Shown in pieces: positions 53,529-62,873 of a stretch of 64,000 nt of DNA (its first letter is position 1; each line of letters opens with the position of its first letter). Made by a program: the position numbers and the translations under genes. The notes below the pieces were generated by a model. It saw nothing but the letters and a program-made list of their open reading frames with translations, searched no databases and had not been told where the DNA came from. The stretch is taken from positions 372,839 through 436,838 of the forward strand of contig JBMYYF010000002.1 in assembly GCA_049609145.1 (NCBI GenBank), in the 5' to 3' direction. This DNA is from Alphaproteobacteria bacterium. Lineage in GTDB: Bacteria; Pseudomonadota; Alphaproteobacteria; SPJN01.

Positions 53529-54769
53529 CGCGCGGTGGGCATCTTTAACTTTTTGCACTTGTAGGATTCATGCTCACCGCGTGTGGTCACAGGCATGTAG
53601 CCGCTCCGACATTTGAACTTGGGCGAAACACAGCCCCAGCCCTTGAAGCGCGCATTGGCAACCTGCCCGCGTGAGGCTTCAAACTCCGCCCCATTGCCGC
53701 AAGTTGGCCTCATGTTGCGGAGTTCAAGCTTATCGGCATTGCTCGCATCTGCCGGCAGCGTCTTGTGGCAATCAAAAATCACGTGATCATTTTTGATATT
53801 CCGGGTGCGCATGAAACGTTTCATGCCCGGATCGAAATCCGGGTTCGTCTCGGCGGATGTGCTGGTATAGGGTTTCACGTCCCTGTCGCTCGTGCCGCAA
53901 TTCATGGTTTTAACACGACAAGTGTAGGGGGAGCTCTCCCAATTGGCGCGCCGATAGATGAAGCCTGCAACGCAGCTATCGGCATTGGGGTCACTCGCCC
54001 TATTGTCATCATTGGCGCTGCTGCCGAACAAACCGGGCGGCGGTCCGTTTTTCGGGGGCCGTTTGCCGTCTCTGGTGCACAGGCAACGGTCTTTTGCATA
54101 GCAATAAATGCCTTCACCGCTTTTCCGGCACTGCATCGTTGAAGGGCCATTAGCGTCTCTCGGTATATCGCTGTTCGCCTTGGGGTCTTGCTGTGGCTTG
54201 GGGTCATTCTGTGGGTTAGGGTCGCTTTGCGGCTTGGGCTTTTCCGTGCAGGTGTATTCGCTTGGACGGTTCTTGTCGTAGGAAAGATCATACCCTTGAG
54301 AGCATGATTGGCTGCCGCGCACACAGGTAAACGCCAATGCGTTGTCTGATTTGTGTTGCTTGCGGGTTGGATGCAGCTCTGACCCCGGCGCGCAACTTGC
54401 TTTCAAATTGGCCAGCTTTTCTGCCTTGTTGGCATCATTTTCGCCATAAACCTTAAAGCAATCAAAGGCATATTGTTTTTTCGAATTGATCCGCGGCGCT
54501 TTCAGAAACTTCTTTGTTTCCGGCTTCATGCTGGATGTGTTGGATTGGCTGCCGCGATAGGCATCGAACGGGCGAACGCATTGCGAGCCTGTCATGCACT
54601 TGTAGGACTTGCCGTCGCTGCCATCTCTGGGGCTAAACCCACGCGCGCAATCTTGGCGATAGTTCACACGGGCCTCAGCTTCGGTAGACAAGGTGGGAAC
54701 AAATGAAGCCGTAGCCGCGGCCACCACTGCCGCACCTATCAGAAGTGATTTAGCGGATCTAAAAAGCAT
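53525..54769 (-). CDS. secreted cysteine-rich protein of unknown function (414 aa)
   Basis: Signal peptide. About 30 Cys in recurring Y-[KT]-C ... G-S-Q-(S)-C modules. A central Pro/Gln/Asp low-complexity linker. Confidence 0.5.
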   Translation of the reverse strand: MLFRSAKSLLIGAAVVAAATASFVPTLSTEAEARVNYRQDCARGFSPRDGSDGKSYKCMTGSQCVRPFDAYRGSQSNTSSMKPETKKFLKAPRINSKKQYAFDCFKVYGENDANKAEKLANLKASCAPGSELHPTRKQHKSDNALAFTCVRGSQSCSQGYDLSYDKNRPSEYTCTEKPKPQSDPNPQNDPKPQQDPKANSDIPRDANGPSTMQCRKSGEGIYCYAKDRCLCTRDGKRPPKNGPPPGLFGSSANDDNRASDPNADSCVAGFIYRRANWESSPYTCRVKTMNCGTSDRDVKPYTSTSAETNPDFDPGMKRFMRTRNIKNDHVIFDCHKTLPADASNADKLELRNMRPTCGNGAEFEASRGQVANARFKGWGCVSPKFKCRSGYMPVTTRGEHESYKCKKLKMPTAR

Positions 54770-54783
54770 AGTGTTCTCTCCCC

Positions 54784-55158
54784 TTATTCGCAGCCCGAAG
54801 CTGCTTTGGCAGGTGCAGGCTCGGCGCTTGCGCCATCGTCTTGAGCATTCACTTTGGAAACGTGACTGATCATGCGGGTGTCACTGCCCGGCACTGTGTC
54901 GCCTGCTGCACCATCGTCTTGCGCGTTCACTTTGGAAACGTGACTGATCATGCGCGTGTCACTGCCGGGCACTGTGTCGCCCGCGGCGTCATCATCTTGC
55001 GCATTTTTCTTGGATACATGGCTGATCATGCGCTGCGTGTCATCGCAATCCGGGCGGGCGCTCTCATCTGCCATTGCGGCAGTGGCTAGGCAAAGTCCCA
55101 TTGCAGTCACCGTCGCGATTACAACATTCGACGTCTTTTTCATCATCACATCTTTCAT
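54784..55158 (-). CDS. secreted protein built from three tandem 26-aa repeats
   Basis: Signal peptide, then 3 copies of RMISHVSK(K/V)NAQDD(D/G)AAGDTVPGSDT, then a short Ala/Pro tail ending in GCE. Confidence 0.5.
   Translation of the reverse strand: MKDVMMKKTSNVVIATVTAMGLCLATAAMADESARPDCDDTQRMISHVSKKNAQDDDAAGDTVPGSDTRMISHVSKVNAQDDGAAGDTVPGSDTRMISHVSKVNAQDDGASAEPAPAKAASGCE
54844..55040. repeat. three tandem ~78-bp direct repeats (copies 2 and 3 near-identical), in-frame coding
   Basis: Unit: cactttggaaacgtgactgatcatgcg.gtgtcactgcc.ggcactgtgtcgcc.gc.gc..catc.tcttgcgc.tt. Confidence 0.7.
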
Positions 55159-55267
55159 TCAACAGGCCACCCAGCCAGTCATATGACGAAAGCATGGGCC
55201 GAAACGGAGTGTTTGCGCAAGGGTAGGTGCTGCGTGATGTAACGGTGGTCACACTTTTCAGGTGCAA

Positions 55268-55287
55268 AGTGTGATGGCTGTCACACT
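55268..55287. promoter_or_regulatory. CRP/FNR-family type box TGTGA-N6-TCACA, overlapping a longer inverted repeat
   Basis: aagTGTGAtggctgTCACAct lies about 110 bp upstream of the repeat-protein gene start. An adjacent inverted repeat TCACACTTT-N8-AAAGTGTGA shares its right arm. Confidence 0.4.
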
Positions 55288-55385
55288 CTACAATCGCAGA
55301 AAATTGCCATTTTTGGGAAGGTGCCGTGAGGGGCAAGAGGGGGAAATGCCCCTCACGGCTGGGGTGTCGCGTCATGCCTGGGGGA

Positions 55386-55583
55386 TTAGGCAGTCGCGAC
55401 TTCGTTGATGGTCGTTTCGCTCGCGGCGATCACTTGCGGTGCATCCATCGTGGTGCACGTGGTTTCAACGCATTGGGCCACCATCGGGTTGCCGGAGTCT
55501 GCGTAAAACATCTCGCTTGGCGCGCAGATCATGAGGGCAAGGGTTACACTCATGGCCATAAAGGACTTACGATACATTTCCAT
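55386..55583 (-). CDS. small secreted peptide (66 aa) of unknown function
   Basis: RBS GGAGAGAG, signal peptide MEMYRKSFMAMSVTLALMICAPS, and a roughly 40-aa mature part with 3 Cys. Confidence 0.4.
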   Translation of the reverse strand: MEMYRKSFMAMSVTLALMICAPSEMFYADSGNPMVAQCVETTCTTMDAPQVIAASETTINEVATA

Positions 55584-55864
55584 CTTCTCTCTCCACTTAG
55601 CTGGGCAACAGCGCCCTGCCATGAAACAGATATGGGGTGGTATCGGTGACCCTTCAAATACAACCATGTGGGTTTGTGCGCGCTGTCACATTTTCGCCTC
55701 AAGTAAGGCGCTTGTAATAAAAATATAATAAAAACATATGGTTATAGTGTTTTTGTTGTCACAATCTGCCCGTATAGATTGTTACTCCGTCACACTTTGG
55801 TCTTGCGCCTTTAGCGTCTATTGCCATCAAGGCCTAACACCTATTGCCCGGCCACTATTCGCCC

Positions 55865-57166
55865 TTACGCAGGCTGCTTTTCCCGGTCCTTTTTTAGGAC
55901 TTCAACGGGGGTAAAGGTGGCTTCGTGTTTGCCAACCGCATAACCGCCTTCTTGAATTTGCCGGCCCAGCCGCTCCGCCAATCTTGTGCCGCCCGGCGTT
56001 ATTCTGCGCGCCGTTTCTGTGCCCAGCACCGCGCCGCGTAACGCCAGTGGAAACCACCGCCATGACTTTCCCTGTGGCAGACCGAGATCATTATAGAGTT
56101 GGTTGCCCAGCATGTGTGTAATGCCAAGCCGCGCACCGGACAAACCGTTGTCGATCAAGTCGCCGATGGGGCCATCGGGTGCCAGCGGGAAACGCATGTC
56201 GGCCAAGCCTTTGGCCAGTGCCACGGCATCTTCATCCGGCGGGGGCTGGGTGGTGGCAGATAGCCAAATGGCGCGTAAGCCCTCTACCTCACTTTCTGAG
56301 ATGTAACGCGGGTCAACGCCCATCAAGATGCCCGCATAGCGCCATAGATGCATAATGGCCTTGCGTTCTTGTTTGGAAAAGCGCACGCCCAGCAATCCAC
56401 AAGCGTTCAGGAACAAAACAGAAAACGCATTATTGGTGGCCAGCATATGGGCTTGGCTGATCGGCATGCCCAATTCTTCAAAGTCCCATTCGGGATGTAC
56501 CTTCAGGCGCGCGCGCACCATGGCGTGCATCACGCGCACCATCACCGTTGTTTTGGTGCCCGCACCAAAGCGGGTTAACCCATCGGTCGCGGTCGCGTCC
56601 AGCCACCAGCTTGCCGTTTCTGCCAGCCGTTTTTCTGCGCCCGTTTCCAGTGCGCCCGTAAACACCAGTGATTTGTTCATGACGGAGCTGATGGCATAGC
56701 CGCCCATCAAGGCCACATCGCCCAGCACAATCAGGCCAAGCGGTCCGGTGCGATGAATGGCGCGCGTTGCGATTTCCAGCAGGTCGCGGTCCAGCCAGAA
56801 GGGTTCTGTGTCGATCTCTTTGAACAGATTGATCAAGGCGGGGTGAGGGTCATCAATCGCGTCGATCCCTTCATCCAGTGCCTTTTGCAAAATTGCCCGG
56901 CCCTTGGGGAACGACACGTCGCGGAACCATTCCACCACGGCATCGGCTGTGGGGTCTCCCTCTAGTGTCATGCGCGCGAACTCATCATACTGCGCATCTG
57001 TTGGGCTGACTTGGCGGCCGGTCATAAACTGTCCCAGCATGTCGGCGATTTTGGTTGTCGTTGGATTGAACATGCCGTAATCGCGCTTGGCGAAGTGACC
57101 CGGCTTTTTCAGGTCGGCATTTTGAGCGGTCGGATTTTTGAAATTCGGATTGGGGGCGTTCATCAT
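55865..57166 (-). CDS. DUF2236 domain protein (MpaB/latex-clearing-protein-like oxygenase family)
   Basis: An R..H..VR-like helical motif (VMVRVMHAMVRARL) and a length of about 430 aa fit DUF2236. Inferred without a search. Confidence 0.5.
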   Translation of the reverse strand: MMNAPNPNFKNPTAQNADLKKPGHFAKRDYGMFNPTTTKIADMLGQFMTGRQVSPTDAQYDEFARMTLEGDPTADAVVEWFRDVSFPKGRAILQKALDEGIDAIDDPHPALINLFKEIDTEPFWLDRDLLEIATRAIHRTGPLGLIVLGDVALMGGYAISSVMNKSLVFTGALETGAEKRLAETASWWLDATATDGLTRFGAGTKTTVMVRVMHAMVRARLKVHPEWDFEELGMPISQAHMLATNNAFSVLFLNACGLLGVRFSKQERKAIMHLWRYAGILMGVDPRYISESEVEGLRAIWLSATTQPPPDEDAVALAKGLADMRFPLAPDGPIGDLIDNGLSGARLGITHMLGNQLYNDLGLPQGKSWRWFPLALRGAVLGTETARRITPGGTRLAERLGRQIQEGGYAVGKHEATFTPVEVLKKDREKQPA

Positions 57167-57371
57167 TTCACCTGAATTTGCGGCAACTAATATCGAGACG
57201 ATTCGATTTCCAAATCTCGCTGATCAGGAGCCGAGCCGCCACTCGGTTTTGTGCTGATCGGGTCATAATCCCAAAAACCTAACAAAAACCAGACATTTTC
57301 GGGTTAATCCCGGTGAAACTTCGGTTATTGTGCGTTTCAACATCAGTTTTTTGAGCGTGAGCGGGGGGCAT

Positions 57372-58499
57372 ATGCGCAAGGTCAAAATGGGCATGGTTGG
57401 CGGTGGTGATGGGGCCTTTATCGGCGCGGTGCATCGCCATGCGGCTGCGTTGGATGGGATGATTGATCTGGTCTGCGGTTGCTTTGCCTCTACGCCTGAA
57501 AAGTCCCGGAAATCTGGGAAAAATTTGGGCCTTCCGGCCGATCGTGTGTATGGCACCTATGCGGAAATGATGGCGGCAGAGGCGGCGTTGCCCGTGGCAG
57601 ATCGCATGGATTTCGTGGCGATTGTCACGCCCAATCACATGCATTTCCCGGTAGCTAAAGCGGCTCTTGATGCGGGCTTCCATGTGCTTTCCGACAAGCC
57701 CGCAACACTCACCTTGGATGAATCCAAGGCATTGAAATCATTGGTTGATTCCGGTGATTTTCTTTACGGCCTCACGCATAATTATACGGGCTATCCGGCC
57801 ATAAAAGAGGCGCGGGATTTGGTGAAATCCGGGGCTTTGGGGCCGCTGCGCAAGGTGGTGGTCGAGTATTTGCAAGGCTGGCTTGCCGGGCCGGACGACC
57901 CGAATGACAAGCAAGCAGCTTGGCGCACCGACCCTGCGCGCGCCGGTGCGGCGGGGTGCTTTGGGGACATTGGTTCCCATGCCGCGAACCTTGCGGAGTA
58001 TGTGACTGGCGCGCAGATCGAAGAAATTTGCGCCGACCTTTCCACCTTTGTCGAGGGCCGTATGCTGGATGACGACAGCACGGCACTTCTAAAATTGTCC
58101 AATAATATCAAAGGTGTATTGAACGCCAGCCAGATCGCAGTGGGGGAGGAGAACAATCTCACCCTACGTGTTTACGGCGAAAAAGGCGGGCTCGAATGGC
58201 GTCAGCAAGAGCCCAATACACTGACCCTCAAATGGTCTGACAACAGTCAAACCGTGCGCCGCACTGGCAATGATTTTGGCCCGGCTGGCACCGCCGCCAC
58301 CCGCACGCCCGGCGGTCATCCGGAAGGTTATCTGGAAGCCTTCGCCAATATTTACCGGGCCTTTGCTGCCCGGATTTTGGGGGAAGATAGTGACTTGGAT
58401 TTCCCAAGCATTGATGCGGCGGTTCACGGTATGGCGGTAATCGAAGGCATGGTGGCAGCCAGTGCTTCTGACGAAAAATGGTTTAAAATCAAGGACTAA
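57372..58499 (+). CDS. Gfo/Idh/MocA family oxidoreductase
   Basis: N-terminal Rossmann motif KMGMVGGGDGAFIGAVH and a GFO_IDH_MocA C-terminal domain. Confidence 0.85.
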   Translation: MRKVKMGMVGGGDGAFIGAVHRHAAALDGMIDLVCGCFASTPEKSRKSGKNLGLPADRVYGTYAEMMAAEAALPVADRMDFVAIVTPNHMHFPVAKAALDAGFHVLSDKPATLTLDESKALKSLVDSGDFLYGLTHNYTGYPAIKEARDLVKSGALGPLRKVVVEYLQGWLAGPDDPNDKQAAWRTDPARAGAAGCFGDIGSHAANLAEYVTGAQIEEICADLSTFVEGRMLDDDSTALLKLSNNIKGVLNASQIAVGEENNLTLRVYGEKGGLEWRQQEPNTLTLKWSDNSQTVRRTGNDFGPAGTAATRTPGGHPEGYLEAFANIYRAFAARILGEDSDLDFPSIDAAVHGMAVIEGMVAASASDEKWFKIKD

Positions 58500-58502
58500 G
58501 TG

Positions 58503-59561
58503 ATGAAACAGATCAAAGGGCCGGGCATCTTTCTGGCGCAATTTGTGGGCGACAAGGCCCCCTTCAACAGCTTTGAGGCTCTGTGCGAATGGGCCGGTGG
58601 CTTGGGCTATAAGGGCGTTCAGGTGCCGACATGGGAGGCCAGTTGCATCGACTTGGCCAAGGCGGCGGACAGTCAGGATTATTGTGATGAGCTGGCGGGA
58701 GTGGCAGCCGCGCAAGGTCTTGAAATTACAGAGCTTTCAACGCATCTACAGGGTCAACTTGTGGCCGTGAACCCAGCCTATGATGAGCTGTTTGATGGCT
58801 TTGCCGACCCCGCGGTTCAGGGCAATCCGGCTGCGCGCACCGAATGGGCTGTGCAGCAATTGCTTTATGCCGCCAAAGCGTCCCAGCGGCTGGGGCTAAA
58901 AGCCCACGCCACATTCTCCGGCGCTTTGATGTGGCACACCATGTATCCATGGCCGCAGCGCCCCGCCGGATTGGTTGAGGCAGGCTTTGGTGAACTTGCC
59001 AAGCGCTGGACGCCCATCTTGAACGCGTTCGATGAGGCAGGGGTTGATGTTTGCTACGAAATTCACCCCGGCGAAGACCTTCACGATGGGGTGACGTTTG
59101 AGCGATTTTTGGCGGCCACAGGTAATCACCCGCGTGCCAATATTTTGTATGATCCCAGCCACTTTGTGCTGCAACACCTTGATTATCTTGGCTTTATCGA
59201 TGTCTACCATGAACGCATCAAAGCCTTTCACGCTAAGGATGCGGAGTTTGTGCCATCGGCCCGCAGTGGCGTTTACGGCGGCTATCAAGGCTGGGCAGAA
59301 CGGCCCGGACGGTTCCGTTCATTGGGCGATGGGCAGGTGGATTTCTCCGGCATTTTCTCGCGCCTCACGCACTACGATTATGACGGTTGGGCGGTTCTGG
59401 AATGGGAATGTTGCTTCAAGCACCCGGAAGATGGTGCACGTGAAGGCGCACCGTTCATTCAGCGACATATCATCCGCCCCGCCGAAACAGCGTTTGATGA
59501 TTTCGCCAGCGCGGGCCAAGATGAGCAATTGAACAATCGCGTATTGGGGCTGAAGGATTAA
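58503..59561 (+). CDS. sugar phosphate isomerase/epimerase (xylose-isomerase-like TIM barrel)
   Basis: AP-endonuclease-2/XI-like TIM-barrel pattern. Coupled to neighbouring genes with 3-nt gaps. Confidence 0.7.
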   Translation: MKQIKGPGIFLAQFVGDKAPFNSFEALCEWAGGLGYKGVQVPTWEASCIDLAKAADSQDYCDELAGVAAAQGLEITELSTHLQGQLVAVNPAYDELFDGFADPAVQGNPAARTEWAVQQLLYAAKASQRLGLKAHATFSGALMWHTMYPWPQRPAGLVEAGFGELAKRWTPILNAFDEAGVDVCYEIHPGEDLHDGVTFERFLAATGNHPRANILYDPSHFVLQHLDYLGFIDVYHERIKAFHAKDAEFVPSARSGVYGGYQGWAERPGRFRSLGDGQVDFSGIFSRLTHYDYDGWAVLEWECCFKHPEDGAREGAPFIQRHIIRPAETAFDDFASAGQDEQLNNRVLGLKD

Positions 59562-59564
59562 GTT

Positions 59565-60665
59565 ATGAAATTGCTGCTTTGGATTTTTGGGGGGCTAGTT
59601 AGCCTTGGCGTTGTTGGTGCCTTAGTCGTTGCGAACTTCTTTGGCCTGATATTGGTTGATATTGATGATATGCCGCCGGAATTGCCCGCCGATTTTCAGC
59701 GTCCCGCCATTTTGGTGTTCTCCAAAACCAACGGCTTCGTGCATGAGGAGTCCATGCCAACCGCCAGCCGGGTATTGAAGGAAATGGCAGCGGCCAATGG
59801 TTGGAGCCATGTGGAGACCAAGAACGGCGCGGTGATGAATGCGGAACAACTCGCCAAGTTCGATGTCGTCGTTTGGCAAAACACATCAGGTCGTTTGTTG
59901 AGCGATGAGCAACGCGCTGCCTTCAAGAAATGGCTGGAAGAAGGTGGGGCCTATGTGGGTATCCATGCCTCTGGTGGTGATTTTATCTATCGCTGGGATT
60001 GGTATGTTGAACATTTGCTGGGCGCACAATTTGTGGGCCACACGATGAACCCGCAATTTCAGGATGCGATTGTGAACCCACAGGAAAATAATACGGGCAT
60101 TACCGATCACTTGCCTGCCGAATGGTTGCTGACAGAGGAAGAATGGTATGCGTTTGATCGCAATCCCGCAGACACGGGGTCAACCATTTTGGCAACGCTG
60201 AATGAGGGCAGCTACCAGCCCGGCGGCGCTGCGATGGAAGGCGTGCATCCGATCGCTTGGGCGCACAAAATGGGCGAAGGCCGCGTTGTTTACAGCGGGA
60301 TAGGTCATCAGGCCCACACATATGAGGTTGAAGAATATCAAGAGATGTTACGTCGGGCGATTGTATGGGCAGGGCGCTTGGGCGAGGGCCAATATGGCAT
60401 TGCCGAAGAAGGCACGGCGCAAGGCACCGCCAAGGAATTTGTGCGCGAAGTGCAAGAAGGTGCTGCCATTGCCGCCGACAGCATTTTGAACTTCACCAAA
60501 AAAGCCTATGACACCTCAGCCGATTTGGCCGTAGATGCCTATGAGGCAACGTCAGAAGCGGCGGAAGAGGCGTATGACGCGACTGCCGAAGCGGTAGAAG
60601 AAGGTTATGAGGCCGCCAAAGAAGCCGTTAGCGATGAGGAAGAGCCGCAAGCTGCTGGCGAATAA
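59565..60665 (+). CDS. ThuA-domain protein (trehalose-utilisation ThuA-like), N-terminal TM anchor and acidic C-terminal tail
   Basis: ThuA motifs (FDVVVWQNTSG, GGAYVGIHAS). One N-terminal TM helix. The C-terminal roughly 60 aa is an Ala/Glu/Asp-rich tail. Confidence 0.7.
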   Translation: MKLLLWIFGGLVSLGVVGALVVANFFGLILVDIDDMPPELPADFQRPAILVFSKTNGFVHEESMPTASRVLKEMAAANGWSHVETKNGAVMNAEQLAKFDVVVWQNTSGRLLSDEQRAAFKKWLEEGGAYVGIHASGGDFIYRWDWYVEHLLGAQFVGHTMNPQFQDAIVNPQENNTGITDHLPAEWLLTEEEWYAFDRNPADTGSTILATLNEGSYQPGGAAMEGVHPIAWAHKMGEGRVVYSGIGHQAHTYEVEEYQEMLRRAIVWAGRLGEGQYGIAEEGTAQGTAKEFVREVQEGAAIAADSILNFTKKAYDTSADLAVDAYEATSEAAEEAYDATAEAVEEGYEAAKEAVSDEEEPQAAGE

Positions 60666-61488
60666 AGGCAAGGCCGTCAGTGTAAAGCTGTTCTTCGCTG
60701 TCAAAGGCGTTGCGCCATACATTGGCGGCTTGGCTGAGGCCCGGATCAATGGTGCCGAAGGCTTCAATCGTGAGCCAGCCACTATAGTTCGCGGTGCTAA
60801 GCGCCCGAAAGGTATCAGCCCAGGGCACTTGGCCAGTGCCCAGTGTGCCGCGGTGGCTTTCGCTTAAGTGAATGTGGAACAGGTGATCCCCCAGCCCGCC
60901 AATGGCGTGTGCCGGGGCAGGGTCTTCAATATTGGCGTGGTGCGTATCGTAGAGCACTCCGATATTTGCCAGCCCCACATCTTCACACATGCGCTTTGCA
61001 TCTGCCGCCGTGTTGATGAGATGCACCTCAAAGCGGTTAAGAAACTCCAGCCCAAGGCGGATATTTGCTTGGGCCGCGTATTCCCCCGCTGCGCGCAGAT
61101 AATCCCGGCTCCAGCCCCATTCGTCAGAGGAAGGCGGCAAGCCGGTAAAATATTTGTGGGCCTGATAGAGACCACCGATCAACAAATTGCCGCCCAGCAA
61201 GGCGCATTCGTCGATACGGGCCTTCATGTAATCAACAGACTTGCCGCGCACCGCGGGGTTAGGGTCGATTGGATTTACATCCGGCGGCACAAACGTGGAG
61301 GTGGTGAGCGCCATGCCGCTATCGGCAACGCAGCGCTTGAACGCCTTAAGGGTTTCTATTGATTGCCCGGTCACGGGAATTTCTACACCGTCAAACCCGG
61401 CTGCGGCCAAAGCCTCAATCACCGGCAGGTGGGCGGCGTCGATCTCACCCCCCCAAAGTAGTAGGTTCATTCCCAGCTTTACATCCAT
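60628..61488 (-). CDS. sugar phosphate isomerase/epimerase (xylose-isomerase-like TIM barrel)
   Basis: TIM-barrel XI-like pattern (GFDGVEI..., HLSESHRG). Confidence 0.7.
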   Translation of the reverse strand: MDVKLGMNLLLWGGEIDAAHLPVIEALAAAGFDGVEIPVTGQSIETLKAFKRCVADSGMALTTSTFVPPDVNPIDPNPAVRGKSVDYMKARIDECALLGGNLLIGGLYQAHKYFTGLPPSSDEWGWSRDYLRAAGEYAAQANIRLGLEFLNRFEVHLINTAADAKRMCEDVGLANIGVLYDTHHANIEDPAPAHAIGGLGDHLFHIHLSESHRGTLGTGQVPWADTFRALSTANYSGWLTIEAFGTIDPGLSQAANVWRNAFDSEEQLYTDGLAFIRQQLAALPHR

Positions 61489-61547
61489 TGCGCATTCCTC
61501 CATTTGGCGGCATGTTAGCGGCAAATGAATTCCATGTGGGGGATATT

Positions 61548-62864
61548 ATGAGCAATCCTAAAGAGCTGAATGTACGCAGCCTTTTTATCGTCGGCAATTT
61601 GGCGATTTTCATGATCGGGCTCGGCTTTGCCGTACGCGCAAACATTGCCTCTGATTTGCAGGGCGATATTTTCAATGCGTTGGACCTCGCGGCCAGTGCT
61701 TCCATGGTGGGAGAAGTGATCGGGGCCACCTTTATCGGCTTTGCCACAACCTTGCTGATTGGCAGCGCCCTGGTGGATTGGGTTGGCATCAAGGCGATGC
61801 TGCTGCTTTCCGCACTCGGCTATATCGCAGGCAGTGTATGTGTGGTGATGGCATCCGTAATGGAGCCAAGCTGGACATCCTACTGGTTGATCTATGGCGG
61901 TCTATTGCTCACCGGTTTGGGCTGGGGGGCAGTTGAAGCAGCCTCCAACCCTTTGATTGCGGCGCTGTTCCCGGAAGAAAAAACGGCCCGCCTGAACGCG
62001 CTGCACGCTTGGTGGCCGGCGGGCATTGTGGTGGGCGGCCTGATGGGCTTTGCCATGGGGGCCTATGATCTGGCGTGGCAAATCAATCTGGCGATTTTGG
62101 TTGTGCCTGCCATTGTGTTGTTCTTCATGGTTTTGCGCCAAACCTTCCCGGTGACGGAGCGGGTGGCAGCCGGCATTTCCTATGCAGATATGTTCAAGGA
62201 ATTGGGCCGCAGCCCTGCCTTCTTTATCTGGATGGCGTGCATGTTGGTAACGGCGGCTGCTGAACTTGCGCCGGGCCAATGGGTAGACATCACGCTTTCC
62301 AACGTGGTGGGAATGCAAGGCATTTTGTTGCTGGTTTATGTTAGTGCGTTGATGTTTGTGATGCGTTTTTATGCCGGCTTCTTTACCCGGTTCCTGTCGC
62401 CGGTTGGGGTGATGTTCGTTGGTAGTGCGCTGGCAGCCTTGGGCCTTTATACGCTGTCGCTTTCAACCAACCCGGTGATGGCGTTTGGCGCCGCCACCAT
62501 TTGGGGGATCGGCGTGTGCTATATGTGGCCCACCATGTTGGCCATCACGTCAGAGCGTTTTCCCCGCGGTGGCGCGCTGTTCATGGGGATGATGGGTTTT
62601 GCGGGCGGCATGTCCATCCAGTTCGTGCTGCCGCAATTAGGCAGAATTTTCGATGAGGCCAAGGTGGAAGCCGCGGGCAGCGTGGAAGCCTTGCAAGCCA
62701 TGGCAGGTGCTGAACTGGCAGAGGTGATGCGCTATGCCTCTGTTGAAAGCTTCCAATCAGTTGCTTTCCTGCCGCTGCTATTGCTGCCGGTGTTTGGTTT
62801 TATTTGGCTGCGCGATCGTTCCAAGGGCGGCTACCAAGCGCAAAAAATTGGCGCGGCTGAATAG
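61548..62864 (+). CDS. MFS transporter
   Basis: 12 predicted TM segments in a 6+6 arrangement. Confidence 0.8.
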   Translation: MSNPKELNVRSLFIVGNLAIFMIGLGFAVRANIASDLQGDIFNALDLAASASMVGEVIGATFIGFATTLLIGSALVDWVGIKAMLLLSALGYIAGSVCVVMASVMEPSWTSYWLIYGGLLLTGLGWGAVEAASNPLIAALFPEEKTARLNALHAWWPAGIVVGGLMGFAMGAYDLAWQINLAILVVPAIVLFFMVLRQTFPVTERVAAGISYADMFKELGRSPAFFIWMACMLVTAAAELAPGQWVDITLSNVVGMQGILLLVYVSALMFVMRFYAGFFTRFLSPVGVMFVGSALAALGLYTLSLSTNPVMAFGAATIWGIGVCYMWPTMLAITSERFPRGGALFMGMMGFAGGMSIQFVLPQLGRIFDEAKVEAAGSVEALQAMAGAELAEVMRYASVESFQSVAFLPLLLLPVFGFIWLRDRSKGGYQAQKIGAAE

Positions 62865-62873
62865 CCAAAAGAC

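Noticed and set aside
54844-55040. A CRISPR array suggested by the regular ~78-bp direct repeats.
   Set aside because: The repeats are contiguous with no spacers. They sit in frame inside a signal-peptide-bearing ORF and encode a 26-aa protein repeat. There are no cas genes.
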